Origin: a virus
DNA: 64,000 nt
Virus record (IMG/VR): IMGVR_UViG_3300045970_000794
Coordinates: 1-64,000 of that record
Strand: one strand, 5' to 3'
The notes under the pieces were generated by a model. The model had not been told where the DNA came from. It saw nothing but the letters and a program-made list of their open reading frames with translations, and did no database searches. Shown piece by piece: positions 54,291 through 63,771 of this stretch (position 1 is the stretch's first letter; every line of letters starts with the position of its first letter). The translations under genes and the position numbers were made by a program.

Positions 54291-54728
54291 TTAATTATCA
54301 ATATATGGTTTATACTCACGTGGCAATGGTACCGTAGCACCTTGTGGTAATTCACCAACATTGCAGAAGGAATAATTGAACTTAACCATTGCGGCGTTAT
54401 ATTCAGCAGCTAACCCATTATAACTAGCTTTAACACCAGCTTCTTCTGATTGCCAAACTGAATACTGTTCTCTATCGTCTCTTGCCCAATCTTTACGAGA
54501 AACACCTTTATATTGTTCCTTTAAATCCGTTAATCGAGTTTTGTAAACGCCTAAGTCAGCCATTTTTTTGTCAAGTTGAGCACTCATATCTTTGAAATAT
54601 TCATATTTCTTCAATAAAGCACTTGGTTTGAATTCCTTGAAAGCGGTATCAGCACCATCTTGGAAATATCTACATGATGACATCAAAGTCATCATGCAGA
54701 TTAATATAATGATTAATTTATTTCTCAT
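54291..54728 (-). CDS. lipoprotein (145 aa)
   Basis: MRNKLIIILICMMTLMSSC. Confidence 0.55.
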   Translation of the reverse strand: MRNKLIIILICMMTLMSSCRYFQDGADTAFKEFKPSALLKKYEYFKDMSAQLDKKMADLGVYKTRLTDLKEQYKGVSRKDWARDDREQYSVWQSEEAGVKASYNGLAAEYNAAMVKFNYSFCNVGELPQGATVPLPREYKPYIDN

Positions 54729-55257
54729 CGTTTACGTTTGTTAATTCCATGTTAAGAACAATATTTTTAACTGCTAATGGTTGGTCTGAAATATGTAACA
54801 TCATACCACCTTGGATGTATTGTTGGTGATAAACACCTTTAGTATCCCACCAGTAAATATAATCAACTGAAGAACCATAAGTACCATCATCTTGAATTAA
54901 TTCTGGATTATACTCACCACTACTTTGATATGAATAATGAACAACCGATGGAGGACTTAATCTTTTACCAGAAGATGTTACTTTACCTTTTACTGTTGAA
55001 TAAACAAGAACTTGTCCAGAATAGGCTGAAATAATGTATAAATGTTTAATCGAACCTGGTGTATTATCCATTTTGTAACGAGCAATGATGTTGTTTTGTT
55101 CAGTAGTATGACCATTTGCATCTGTTTGAATAGTGGTACTTGCTTTTTCAACCCCACCGCTTGAAACTGGAGCTTTTTTAGTGAACTCATCACACGATTG
55201 AAGTGATAATGCTACAACTCCAATTACAATTAATAATAACATATTTAATCTTTTCAT
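54718..55257 (-). CDS. lipoprotein
   Basis: MKRLNMLLLIVIGVVALSLQSC. Promoter TTTG-N20-TACTTTTG lies at 55339..55370. Confidence 0.55.
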   Translation of the reverse strand: MKRLNMLLLIVIGVVALSLQSCDEFTKKAPVSSGGVEKASTTIQTDANGHTTEQNNIIARYKMDNTPGSIKHLYIISAYSGQVLVYSTVKGKVTSSGKRLSPPSVVHYSYQSSGEYNPELIQDDGTYGSSVDYIYWWDTKGVYHQQYIQGGMMLHISDQPLAVKNIVLNMELTNVNDEK

Positions 55258-55338
55258 TTTGAAATACAATTACCTATACATTGCGAGGTTCTAGTTTTAC
55301 TTTTTTTAATTAATAATTTTTTTGTTTAATTGAGAGTA

Positions 55339-55370
55339 CAAAAGTATAAAATATATTTTAATAAACCAAA
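55339..55370 (-). promoter_or_regulatory. Bacteroidota-type promoter TTTG-N20-TACTTTTG
   Basis: The -7 box is at 55346-55339 and the -33 element at 55370-55367. Confidence 0.5.
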
Positions 55371-55397
55371 TAAAAATGCATTTATTTTTAAATTATT

Positions 55398-55877
55398 TTA
55401 TAACCCACTGAGTTTGTTAATTTTATCAATTAACCAAAGTCTTGCTTTAGTTGATATAGTAGCACTAATATCTTTAGGTTCAAAACCATTTTCAACGATG
55501 GTATCCAATTCTTCTTTAATAACATCATTATAAACCCATTTTAAATAGGTTTCAATGTTTTTATGTTCAACGGTTAGATTTTCTTGTCTTAAATAATCTA
55601 AACCTTGTAATAGTCTAGCTTCACTAACAACAGTATCAACCAATTCTTTAATTGAATTGACTTTTTCAATATCAATCGGAACCTTTTCTTTAGTTTTAGT
55701 ACCTTTGTGTTCTTCACCTTTAGTTTTGAAAGCAAATCTTGTAGTGCACCAGCCTTCATCGACTGGGAACCAAACAATTCCCTCACCAGTCATATTAATA
55801 TCCACTTTTATCGTATCTTCAAAATCTTCTTTAGATTTATTTTTATTTCCACCAACCAATTTAAAAGTATATTCCAT
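55398..55877 (-). CDS. C-terminal part of a split Rnl2-type RNA ligase (motifs IV and V)
   Basis: GEGIVWFP (motif IV) and FAFKTKGEEH (motif V) lie after a ~30-aa unrelated head. Confidence 0.55.
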   Translation of the reverse strand: MEYTFKLVGGNKNKSKEDFEDTIKVDINMTGEGIVWFPVDEGWCTTRFAFKTKGEEHKGTKTKEKVPIDIEKVNSIKELVDTVVSEARLLQGLDYLRQENLTVEHKNIETYLKWVYNDVIKEELDTIVENGFEPKDISATISTKARLWLIDKINKLSGL

Positions 55878-55889
55878 ATTTCTATTATT

Positions 55890-56669
55890 TTAATTTTTAT
55901 ACTTACAATACCAGCCCTTATATTGAATAAAATCTTTATTTTTAGGTGGTAATTTATCGAATAATTTATATTCACCATTACTTATTTTAGATTTAATTAA
56001 TACCCTTTTAGGTAAGTTAAATTTTCGACATAAATCATCAAATTCAAAATTATTCGTAACATGAATAACATTGTCATTATTATCAATAATTAACACATCG
56101 CTTTTATTACTATTTGGATTATTCATACCCTTATTTAATCCATTTTTCTTTTGGGTGATAGATGATTTTTCGCCGATTATTTTAAAAATTTTTTCATTAA
56201 TCATCAACAGTGTATGTTTCCTTTTTTCAACCGATTCCCTAGAATCCCTATTTTTTAATGCAATACTTATTTTTTTCTTAGTTTCTTTAGATGGCTCGCC
56301 CTTTTTAACACCCAAATGTGACTTCTGAAGCCTAATTTTAGTTTCATCAGTATGCTTATACCCTATAGTCCTATCAGATTTTTTACAAATATTATAACCA
56401 TATTCATCGTTATATGATTCAAATAAATCGATATAAAATTGCTCTCTATTTTTTAAATCATTCAAATCATTAACATACTCTAAAATATCAAAAATAAAAT
56501 TATCTTTACCATACTTATTCCAACTATGTTGTATTTTTTTTGAATGGTGCTTATTCTTTTCTAATAATCTTAAATGCCTTTTCTTCCTATCTTCAAAATT
56601 AGATGATGAACCGACATAAACTTTACCATTTACTAAATTTTTAATTAAATACACAACCAATTTCCCCAT
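55890..56669 (-). CDS. GIY-YIG homing endonuclease lying between the two RNA ligase parts
   Basis: VVYLIKNLVNGKVYVGSS...YNICK. Its upstream 24 nt are nearly identical to those of HNH gene 24560..25267. Confidence 0.8.
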   Translation of the reverse strand: MGKLVVYLIKNLVNGKVYVGSSSNFEDRKKRHLRLLEKNKHHSKKIQHSWNKYGKDNFIFDILEYVNDLNDLKNREQFYIDLFESYNDEYGYNICKKSDRTIGYKHTDETKIRLQKSHLGVKKGEPSKETKKKISIALKNRDSRESVEKRKHTLLMINEKIFKIIGEKSSITQKKNGLNKGMNNPNSNKSDVLIIDNNDNVIHVTNNFEFDDLCRKFNLPKRVLIKSKISNGEYKLFDKLPPKNKDFIQYKGWYCKYKN

Positions 56670-56713
56670 AAATTATATTTAATTATAAATATATACCAAA
56701 GGTGAAAAACACT

Positions 56714-57538
56714 TTAAATTAAGTTAATTTTTATATAATTAACACCTATTGGATTTTTTTTTCGTAATTCAATAAAATACGGTTTTAATTTATCTTTTAA
56801 CGGAACTTCAAACCCATTTTCTTTTTCAAACCATATTTTACCGTCTTCAGACTCATACGCAACATTATTATTCCAAACTTCCACACCAAAAGCCCTACCA
56901 AATGGACATTCCTTTTCAACCGCTTCAACCAATTTAGCCATTATATCAGCAGCAACCACTGGGTTGTTGAAATTAACTTCGATTTCGTATGTGTCATAAT
57001 CTAAAATATTGAAAATCTTAGCTTCTGGTATCTTAACTAACTTTAATTGTTCGTCATTAATCCAAGCCTCACCAATTTTAATAGCAAAGATTACAAATCT
57101 TTTATCAAGCTGATTCAAAGCAACACCCTTCTGGATGCTACCACCACACCATTCACCATAGATTCTAATATCTGGATTCACCTTTTCATCAGTACCATAC
57201 TTTTTAAGGTCTGGCAATAATTCTAAAAGACGAAATACGTCATTAGTATATGCAAAAGTAGCGAAGCCAGCATTATCTTTTGCTGGAGTAATAATATTTT
57301 CTCTTGATTGAGCGTGAAAGTCATATGCTGCAAGGTCTATATCATATTGGAATATAATACCACCATTAGTACCATGAAGTTTAACACTACCTCTAAATTT
57401 AAGAGTTGGTAGTTTGATTGTTTCATCGAAAATTGGTTCACCAGAATCATCTTTACCAGTGAATTGTGTACGATACTTAACAGATACTATAACACTTCTG
57501 AATTGTTCAATATCTGGAAATGAGTAAAATTTTTTCAT
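56714..57538 (-). CDS. N-terminal part of a split Rnl2-type RNA ligase (motifs I-IIIa)
   Basis: SVKLHGTN (motif I; T4 Rnl2 has KIHGTN), IRIYGEWCG and FVIFAIKI. Ligase-like sequence ends near ...CPFGRAFGVE (about 56879), followed by a 54-aa unrelated tail. Confidence 0.6.
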   Translation of the reverse strand: MKKFYSFPDIEQFRSVIVSVKYRTQFTGKDDSGEPIFDETIKLPTLKFRGSVKLHGTNGGIIFQYDIDLAAYDFHAQSRENIITPAKDNAGFATFAYTNDVFRLLELLPDLKKYGTDEKVNPDIRIYGEWCGGSIQKGVALNQLDKRFVIFAIKIGEAWINDEQLKLVKIPEAKIFNILDYDTYEIEVNFNNPVVAADIMAKLVEAVEKECPFGRAFGVEVWNNNVAYESEDGKIWFEKENGFEVPLKDKLKPYFIELRKKNPIGVNYIKINLI

Positions 57539-57558
57539 ATTTTTATTTTATTTTATTT

Positions 57559-57981
57559 TTATTTTAACACCCAGATGTTTGGAACCCAAACTCTTTCGTA
57601 TCTTATTTTAGATGCTTCACTATTAGCCCAAGCTTCAAAACAAGGCCCACATATTGTTTGAATCCAATCATGTGTTCTACCAACATTTTTAGTTGTACCA
57701 CACACTTCACACATCTTATCCGACATTCCGCTAGCAAACATTTCATACGCTAATAGTTTATCGTTACCACCATTATGGTATATACGTAATGTACCAAATT
57801 TTTCTTTAATTTGAATAATTTTAACTGGTGGCATATTATTCCACTTGATATCATGCCTAATCAATTCGAAAAATGTTTCAATGATAGGTAACCAACCATC
57901 ACCACACGTTGGATATGCATGCGGACCATCAAATAAATCAGCATATTTTTTAATTAATTCGTCTCTTGTTATCATAATCAA
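57559..57981 (-). CDS. hypothetical protein (140 aa)
   Basis: ORF track; has a CEVCG...CGPC pattern. Confidence 0.55.
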   Translation of the reverse strand: MIMITRDELIKKYADLFDGPHAYPTCGDGWLPIIETFFELIRHDIKWNNMPPVKIIQIKEKFGTLRIYHNGGNDKLLAYEMFASGMSDKMCEVCGTTKNVGRTHDWIQTICGPCFEAWANSEASKIRYERVWVPNIWVLK

Positions 57982-57982
57982 C

Positions 57983-59380
57983 CTATATTAAACCTTTAGC
58001 CATAGCTTCTATTTGCTTAATCGATTCTAATGAATCACATGTATTCTTATCATCCCTCAATTTCTTGAAAACTGGGTGTAGTAAAGCATAATTACCTTTT
58101 GAATCATGAGTCAACCCAGAACATTTAACCTCTAAGATTGTATTCATCAATTTTTCTTGATTCTCAGTGATAAACGCCATCATTTTCTCATCAATACCAG
58201 TAGGTCTAGTATTAACCAAGCCATCGGATGATGTTACGGTTACTGATGAAACAAAATTTTCGTTCTTACCTGTACCATAATTAAACCCTACGATTATAAG
58301 GTCAATATCCATTTCCAGCTTCATTTTAATTTGCCAGTTTGGTTTTCCATCCTTCCAAGCACCATCAAAAGCTTTTAAGATAAGTCCTTCTTCACCATTA
58401 TTCAAAGCTTCTTGGAAATATGCCAATGCATCTTCAAATGATTCTAAAACACGACCATTAACAATTGAAATCATCAATGTATCATCTGAGGTTCCATATG
58501 ACTTTAAAATTAAGTCACCTAAATTATTTAAACGTTGAGAATAAGGTACATTTGATTTAGCATCGAAATATTCATCAATAGTTATCGTATCCCATACGGT
58601 AAACTTAATTGCATCCAATGCTTGTTGGTAATAATAACCATGCTTATCATAGAGCTTCTTAATATCTTTAGTTGGGTCTTCATTTTTCAGTAATTTATTA
58701 CCAATTGAAATCAATGATGCAATGACACCGTTACTTTCATAACGTGATATACCTGGTATAGTTAATTCACCATTCAAAACGCAATCACCAAATCTTTTTA
58801 ATTGGTCAACAAACCTAGCACCAGTTAAAATGGATGCTTCACCTTGACGTGACTCCAATTCAACTTCACCACCACGGATAATTGCATTACAATAACGACC
58901 ATCCATTTTAATTTGCCCGAATACACGTTTACCACCTTCGAAAAGCTTTTTAACTAATTTAACATCGTAAGATTTTGCACCCATATAAGGTGTATCTTCA
59001 ATTAATTTAGTAAATACTTTATTCATAAAAGTAGTACCCATACCAATTTTACAATCTTTTTCAATGATACGCTCAATTATATAAGCATCATCATAATTCA
59101 AATGAGTAAGAATTGTCTTTAAATAAGATATCGCCTCATTACCAGTAAACTCACGTTTCATTAGTTTCTCTAAATCAACTAAAGCAGCGTCTAAACTACC
59201 ATTAAATCCATTATTGGTATATTCTGGAATCTGTTTGATGTAAAACTTAACTCTTTTGGAGTTAGCTAGATATAGAACTCTTTTTAACAGTTCATTATCT
59301 TTATACTTAGCCAAGATTTCCATCTTTTTAATGGTTGAGGATTCGTTGGCAATCTCGTTAAAAATGTATCTAATTTTCAT
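57983..59380 (-). CDS. ATP-dependent DNA ligase
   Basis: Motif I GQIKMDGRY, plus EGLILK and an OB-domain-length C-terminus. Confidence 0.85.
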   Translation of the reverse strand: MKIRYIFNEIANESSTIKKMEILAKYKDNELLKRVLYLANSKRVKFYIKQIPEYTNNGFNGSLDAALVDLEKLMKREFTGNEAISYLKTILTHLNYDDAYIIERIIEKDCKIGMGTTFMNKVFTKLIEDTPYMGAKSYDVKLVKKLFEGGKRVFGQIKMDGRYCNAIIRGGEVELESRQGEASILTGARFVDQLKRFGDCVLNGELTIPGISRYESNGVIASLISIGNKLLKNEDPTKDIKKLYDKHGYYYQQALDAIKFTVWDTITIDEYFDAKSNVPYSQRLNNLGDLILKSYGTSDDTLMISIVNGRVLESFEDALAYFQEALNNGEEGLILKAFDGAWKDGKPNWQIKMKLEMDIDLIIVGFNYGTGKNENFVSSVTVTSSDGLVNTRPTGIDEKMMAFITENQEKLMNTILEVKCSGLTHDSKGNYALLHPVFKKLRDDKNTCDSLESIKQIEAMAKGLI

Positions 59381-59394
59381 ATCTATAATATTAT

Positions 59395-59913
59395 TTAGTT
59401 TGTAAATCCCATTAATCCATCAAGTTCTACCCACATTGGCCGTAATGATTTATTACTAGGGTTGTAAAGCATTTCTCTGAAATGAACATATTCAGCTTTG
59501 TAGGTATCACCCATTCGGTCATTATTTTCAATTGATGCTCTTGCATTAGCAATTCTATCAGCCACTTTTAATGTAACTGCAAGGGCATTTAATCTCATTT
59601 GAAGGTATAACTCATCTGGCTTACGTTCAGTCCTGTTATGACCTTTAAAATCAGTAACAAGATAAACAATGTCAGCAATTTCTTTTCCGAACACTTTTTT
59701 AATGTCATTATAAGTAAATCCACAATCTTCCATTGTATCATGTAAAACACCACTTGTTCTTAAAATATCATTATTTTTGAACCCATATTGAACTAAAATG
59801 GAATCCACATCATCATAATGAGTGTAATATGGTTGACCCCTGTAACTCTTTGTTGCATGTGCAACACACGACATTTTAATCGCTTTTAAATGATTTTCCG
59901 AAATTTGTATCAT
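59395..59913 (-). CDS. HD-domain hydrolase of the SpoT/MESH1 type (putative small alarmone hydrolase)
   Basis: ...SGVLHDTMEDCGFTYNDIKKVFGKEIADIVYLVTD... Confidence 0.6.
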   Translation of the reverse strand: MIQISENHLKAIKMSCVAHATKSYRGQPYYTHYDDVDSILVQYGFKNNDILRTSGVLHDTMEDCGFTYNDIKKVFGKEIADIVYLVTDFKGHNRTERKPDELYLQMRLNALAVTLKVADRIANARASIENNDRMGDTYKAEYVHFREMLYNPSNKSLRPMWVELDGLMGFTN

Positions 59914-60012
59914 AATTTTTTTTTACAAAGATACTATTTTTTTTTAACTTTTCCAAATAATATGATATTTATTTTAAACAATCTTCAATAATATCATGTA
60001 AAACTCTAAAAT

Positions 60013-60645
60013 ATGGTGATTTATAAAACTACAAACTTAATTAATGGTAAAATTTATATCGGGCAAGATTCTAAAAATAACCCAAATTATCTTGGTAGTG
60101 GTAAAATATTAGTTGTAGCAATTAAAAAATATGGTAAAAAAAACTTTAAAAAAGAAATATTAGAAAAGTGTGAAACCAAAGAACAATTAGATTTAAAAGA
60201 ACAATATTGGATAGTCAAATATAATACTTTAGATAAAACCATAGGGTATAATATAACCAAGGGTGGTGGTGGTACTTTAGGTTTAAAAACTAATCTAGGT
60301 AGAATTTTTAGTAAAGAACATAAATTTAAAATTAGTGAAAACCATGCTGATGTTTCTGGTGAAAAAAACCCAATGTTTGGTAAGTCTCATAAAACCTCAG
60401 TTAAAGAAGCTCAAAGATTACGTATGTCTGGAACAACAGCCTCAGAAAATACTAGAAAAAAAATGAGTGAAAAAAGACAAGGTGAGCAAAACATTAATTC
60501 AAAATTAACAGAGTTACAAGTGATTGAAATTAGAAAATTATACTTTGAAGATGATTTAAAAATTTTTGAAATCGCAAAAATATATGCAGTTAAACCACCA
60601 TGCATACATAAAATAGTTAATTTTCTTACTTGGGCTAATATTTAA
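60013..60645 (+). CDS. GIY-YIG homing endonuclease
   Basis: MVIYKTTNLINGKIYIGQDSKNNPNYLGSG...YNITKGG, with NPMFGKSH. Confidence 0.8.
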   Translation: MVIYKTTNLINGKIYIGQDSKNNPNYLGSGKILVVAIKKYGKKNFKKEILEKCETKEQLDLKEQYWIVKYNTLDKTIGYNITKGGGGTLGLKTNLGRIFSKEHKFKISENHADVSGEKNPMFGKSHKTSVKEAQRLRMSGTTASENTRKKMSEKRQGEQNINSKLTELQVIEIRKLYFEDDLKIFEIAKIYAVKPPCIHKIVNFLTWANI

Positions 60646-61094
60646 TTAGTTAATTTATCTAAAGCCTTTGTTAATTTATCAACCTCTTCTTGTTTCTCAC
60701 TGAGTAATAACATCATTGATGATTTTACCCTTTCTTCAGTCTCAACAATTTCTTTAATGTATTTATGCTTCGACATCAAACACTCAATCTCATTATCCAA
60801 TATTTTCAACGTAGCTTTTCTATCAGATTCGTTAGTATGAAATTCATGCTCTTTATTTTTAGTATCATTAGCACAATTTATTGCAGTTTCCTTTATTTCA
60901 GTACAATAACGCTCATAGGATTTATTATGTTCAACAATCACCGATTGTAATTTGGAAAGTAAACCTTCTTTAATACCAACCATTTCATCCCTAATTTTAG
61001 ATTCTGATTCTAATTTAAAAGCTTCTAACTCTTTTAGAATTAAATTACGTCTTCTATTAGCAAATATCCTAAGTAATAAATTAATCATTACCAA
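60642..61094 (-). CDS. coiled-coil hypothetical protein
   Basis: ORF track. Confidence 0.5.
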   Translation of the reverse strand: MVMINLLLRIFANRRRNLILKELEAFKLESESKIRDEMVGIKEGLLSKLQSVIVEHNKSYERYCTEIKETAINCANDTKNKEHEFHTNESDRKATLKILDNEIECLMSKHKYIKEIVETEERVKSSMMLLLSEKQEEVDKLTKALDKLTN

Positions 61095-61336
61095 TTAATT
61101 TGTAATGAACTGCCATCACGTTGGTCATCATGCGTTTGACATTTAAACCCACGTTTCTGTAATTCAGTTATTGTTAACGGGTCAGCATATATTCCTACAT
61201 AGCATGACATTTCATTTCTTTCTACAGCACTATTAATATATGATAAACACATGTTTAATTGTTTTTCAACTTTTTCACCTAAGATAGATGTTGCTGTTTT
61301 TCTAGCCCATTCGGCTGTAATTTGATTGTTGTTCAT
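61088..61336 (-). CDS. hypothetical protein (82 aa)
   Basis: ORF track. Confidence 0.5.
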   Translation of the reverse strand: MNNNQITAEWARKTATSILGEKVEKQLNMCLSYINSAVERNEMSCYVGIYADPLTITELQKRGFKCQTHDDQRDGSSLQINW

Positions 61337-61508
61337 AATCGTTTGGTTTTATTAAATTAAAATAATCTACAATCACAATATCATATTCATTATGACGTAA
61401 AATTGGTGGATTAAAAAAATTAGTTGATTCCCTTTGAGGTTGTGTCGCTGTTACAATCACAACCTCTGGGAATAACTCTTTAAATTTATTTAAATCAATA
61501 GCTTCCAT
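61302..61508 (-). CDS. hypothetical protein (68 aa)
   Basis: ORF track; overlaps the downstream ORF. Confidence 0.4.
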   Translation of the reverse strand: MEAIDLNKFKELFPEVVIVTATQPQRESTNFFNPPILRHNEYDIVIVDYFNLIKPNDYEQQSNYSRMG

Positions 61509-61510
61509 AT

Positions 61511-62641
61511 CTAAAGAATACTGTATAATTTTCGATTATCAAATTCAATCATATATTCTTTAATATTTGATATTTTACCATCTTTCAATCCGAACATAAG
61601 TCCAGTAAAGTTAGAAACTCCATTTTTCTTAGTAACTTCAAATACAGCCTCAGCATACTTTTTCTTTTCAGCTGGTGTAATGTTCTTTGGTAATCTTCCT
61701 TGTAATTCTTCCCATGTTTCAGTCAATTTTACCACTAACATATTGTATTTAACATGAAGGTCAAAGATTTCTTCCCTACGTTCTGGGAATGTAGCTGCAA
61801 ATTCTTCAATTTCGTTAGTTTTAACGATTTCTAGAATATTATATTCAGCAGTCTTAGACTTCAAGTGATGTACCGCAAGATATGCTGGATTTTTAATTTT
61901 AATTCTATTGAAGGAACCATCAACAACAACATATCCTTCTTCAGTGAATGGCATACCATCAAAAGTTCTCTTCAACGCACCAACATCCTTAATATTAAGG
62001 TCAAATCGCTTAACTGCTGGTGTGAATAAATACCCACTCACATAAACTAAACTATCATATGGTGCTTCACCCAATGTAGATAAATCCCTAATTGTTAATA
62101 AAGTTACTGATGATACACCGTGTGGTGTAACAACAATATTATATGGTGTTGTTAATTCAAATGCATAACACCATTTTTTATTTAACGCTAATTTGAATCT
62201 ATGATTATTACCAGTAACCTTTTCAATAGTTTCCCAGAATAAATCAGCGAAAGTAGTACCCATTTTATTGTTTACTTCACCTTCTGCTTCAGCCATACCA
62301 GATGTTGAAACACACCAATCATTCTTATGCCAATCCCAATACAATTGCATTAAGGACCCATCCACCTTTTCAAGTATATGAGCAGTATCCCAATCAATTC
62401 TAGCTGCATGAGTTTCTTCAGCATTAAAGAATTTACGGAATGTAAAGCACATAACTCTCCAAGTATCCTTTTCTAATATAATACCTCTAGCATCTTGTGT
62501 TTCAGCAAAACCCATTGGAGACTCTAACTGGTCATATTTTAATAAGATTTTCTTATCATATACCTTAGTCTTCAATTTAAATGTATCAATAGCCTTAGCT
62601 AGACCATTTTTCTTAATATAATTTATTAATGCTAGTTCCAT
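61511..62641 (-). CDS. rnlA: Rnl1-type RNA ligase (T4 RnlA-like)
   Basis: DARGIILE, FRKFFNAEE, motif I ILEKVDGSL, FELT, EGYVVV and RIKIKNP. Confidence 0.75.
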   Translation of the reverse strand: MELALINYIKKNGLAKAIDTFKLKTKVYDKKILLKYDQLESPMGFAETQDARGIILEKDTWRVMCFTFRKFFNAEETHAARIDWDTAHILEKVDGSLMQLYWDWHKNDWCVSTSGMAEAEGEVNNKMGTTFADLFWETIEKVTGNNHRFKLALNKKWCYAFELTTPYNIVVTPHGVSSVTLLTIRDLSTLGEAPYDSLVYVSGYLFTPAVKRFDLNIKDVGALKRTFDGMPFTEEGYVVVDGSFNRIKIKNPAYLAVHHLKSKTAEYNILEIVKTNEIEEFAATFPERREEIFDLHVKYNMLVVKLTETWEELQGRLPKNITPAEKKKYAEAVFEVTKKNGVSNFTGLMFGLKDGKISNIKEYMIEFDNRKLYSIL

Positions 62642-62740
62642 ATAACCTCCTTTTATCTTTAAAATGCAAAATTAAACAAAATATTTCACATTTCCAAATT
62701 TTTATAGGTTTATTTACCGATAAAATGTATTTATCGGCTA

Positions 62741-63067
62741 TTAACCCGATATTAATAGTTTTCTAGCCTCGGTTACCCCAATAGTTTTAACATTTTTTCT
62801 GAAAGTTGTTAACTCTTCCATGTTTTTAGGGTATTGTTTACCATATAAACCAATAAAATCTTCATCAGTACCATATGGATTAACTATTATAACTAATTTA
62901 TTAGCATATAATAACTCATCTAACCCAGTGTTGATGACTTTTCGGTCATATTTTATCTCAGTTATGATACCATATGGAACTGGTTCACCAATTTCTTTAT
63001 ATAAGTTAACAGTAGCTTCTAAAAAATCGATTTTAAACTGCATTTTCTCTTTATTCGCCATATACAC
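62741..63067 (-). CDS. hypothetical protein (108 aa)
   Basis: ORF track. Confidence 0.5.
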   Translation of the reverse strand: MYMANKEKMQFKIDFLEATVNLYKEIGEPVPYGIITEIKYDRKVINTGLDELLYANKLVIIVNPYGTDEDFIGLYGKQYPKNMEELTTFRKNVKTIGVTEARKLLISG

Positions 63068-63770
63068 CCCTATCTTTTAATATTGAAATTATAACAGTTT
63101 TATGAATTTGGCGAATATTATACATATTTTTAAGTATAGCTTGTAAATGCTCAGTTTCACAGTCAATTAATGGTACATATTTTAATGGCTGGTCATTATT
63201 TTTACCATATGTACCCCATAGTAACTTACTCTTGGTATACTCAAATGAATCCGAAGAATTAATAGTATATGATTCTATCTTAGTTTTATCAGCAAAACTA
63301 TATCTTTGATAATCCAAACCACCATCAACCATAACCCCATTAGCACATCCACATTTTTCATAATCATGAGTATATCTAGATTGGATTATTTTACCACATT
63401 CTAAGCATTTCATAGCATTTTGAATCATATGTGATTTTGGGTCTTCAACAACGGATTCAATCAAACCTTTTCCAATTAAAATACTTTCCCATACCTGTAA
63501 CTTATCTTCCATCATATCTTCAATCTCATCCATTGAAAATCCTTTATGTCTAAGAATATCAAAGCACATCATAATAGTATCAACACCTTCTTCCAATATG
63601 TGTTCACGTAAAGCTTTTTCACTAAGATTTTTCTTAGAAACTTTAAATCCATCTTCTTCTAATGCTGCCGAACAAAACTCACCATATTCTTCACCTAACT
63701 TAGTTAGTCTTTTGAATATATTAGTTTCATCAGCATCACTTAATTTGCTTAATAATTTAAATGATTTCAT
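63051..63770 (-). CDS. MazG-like nucleotide pyrophosphohydrolase with a C-terminal Zn-ribbon-like domain
   Basis: Start trimmed to MKSFKLL; LTKLGEEYGEFCSAALEED...EEGVDTIMMCFDIL. Confidence 0.6.
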   Translation of the reverse strand: MKSFKLLSKLSDADETNIFKRLTKLGEEYGEFCSAALEEDGFKVSKKNLSEKALREHILEEGVDTIMMCFDILRHKGFSMDEIEDMMEDKLQVWESILIGKGLIESVVEDPKSHMIQNAMKCLECGKIIQSRYTHDYEKCGCANGVMVDGGLDYQRYSFADKTKIESYTINSSDSFEYTKSKLLWGTYGKNNDQPLKYVPLIDCETEHLQAILKNMYNIRQIHKTVIISILKDRGVYGE

Positions 63771-63771
63771 A

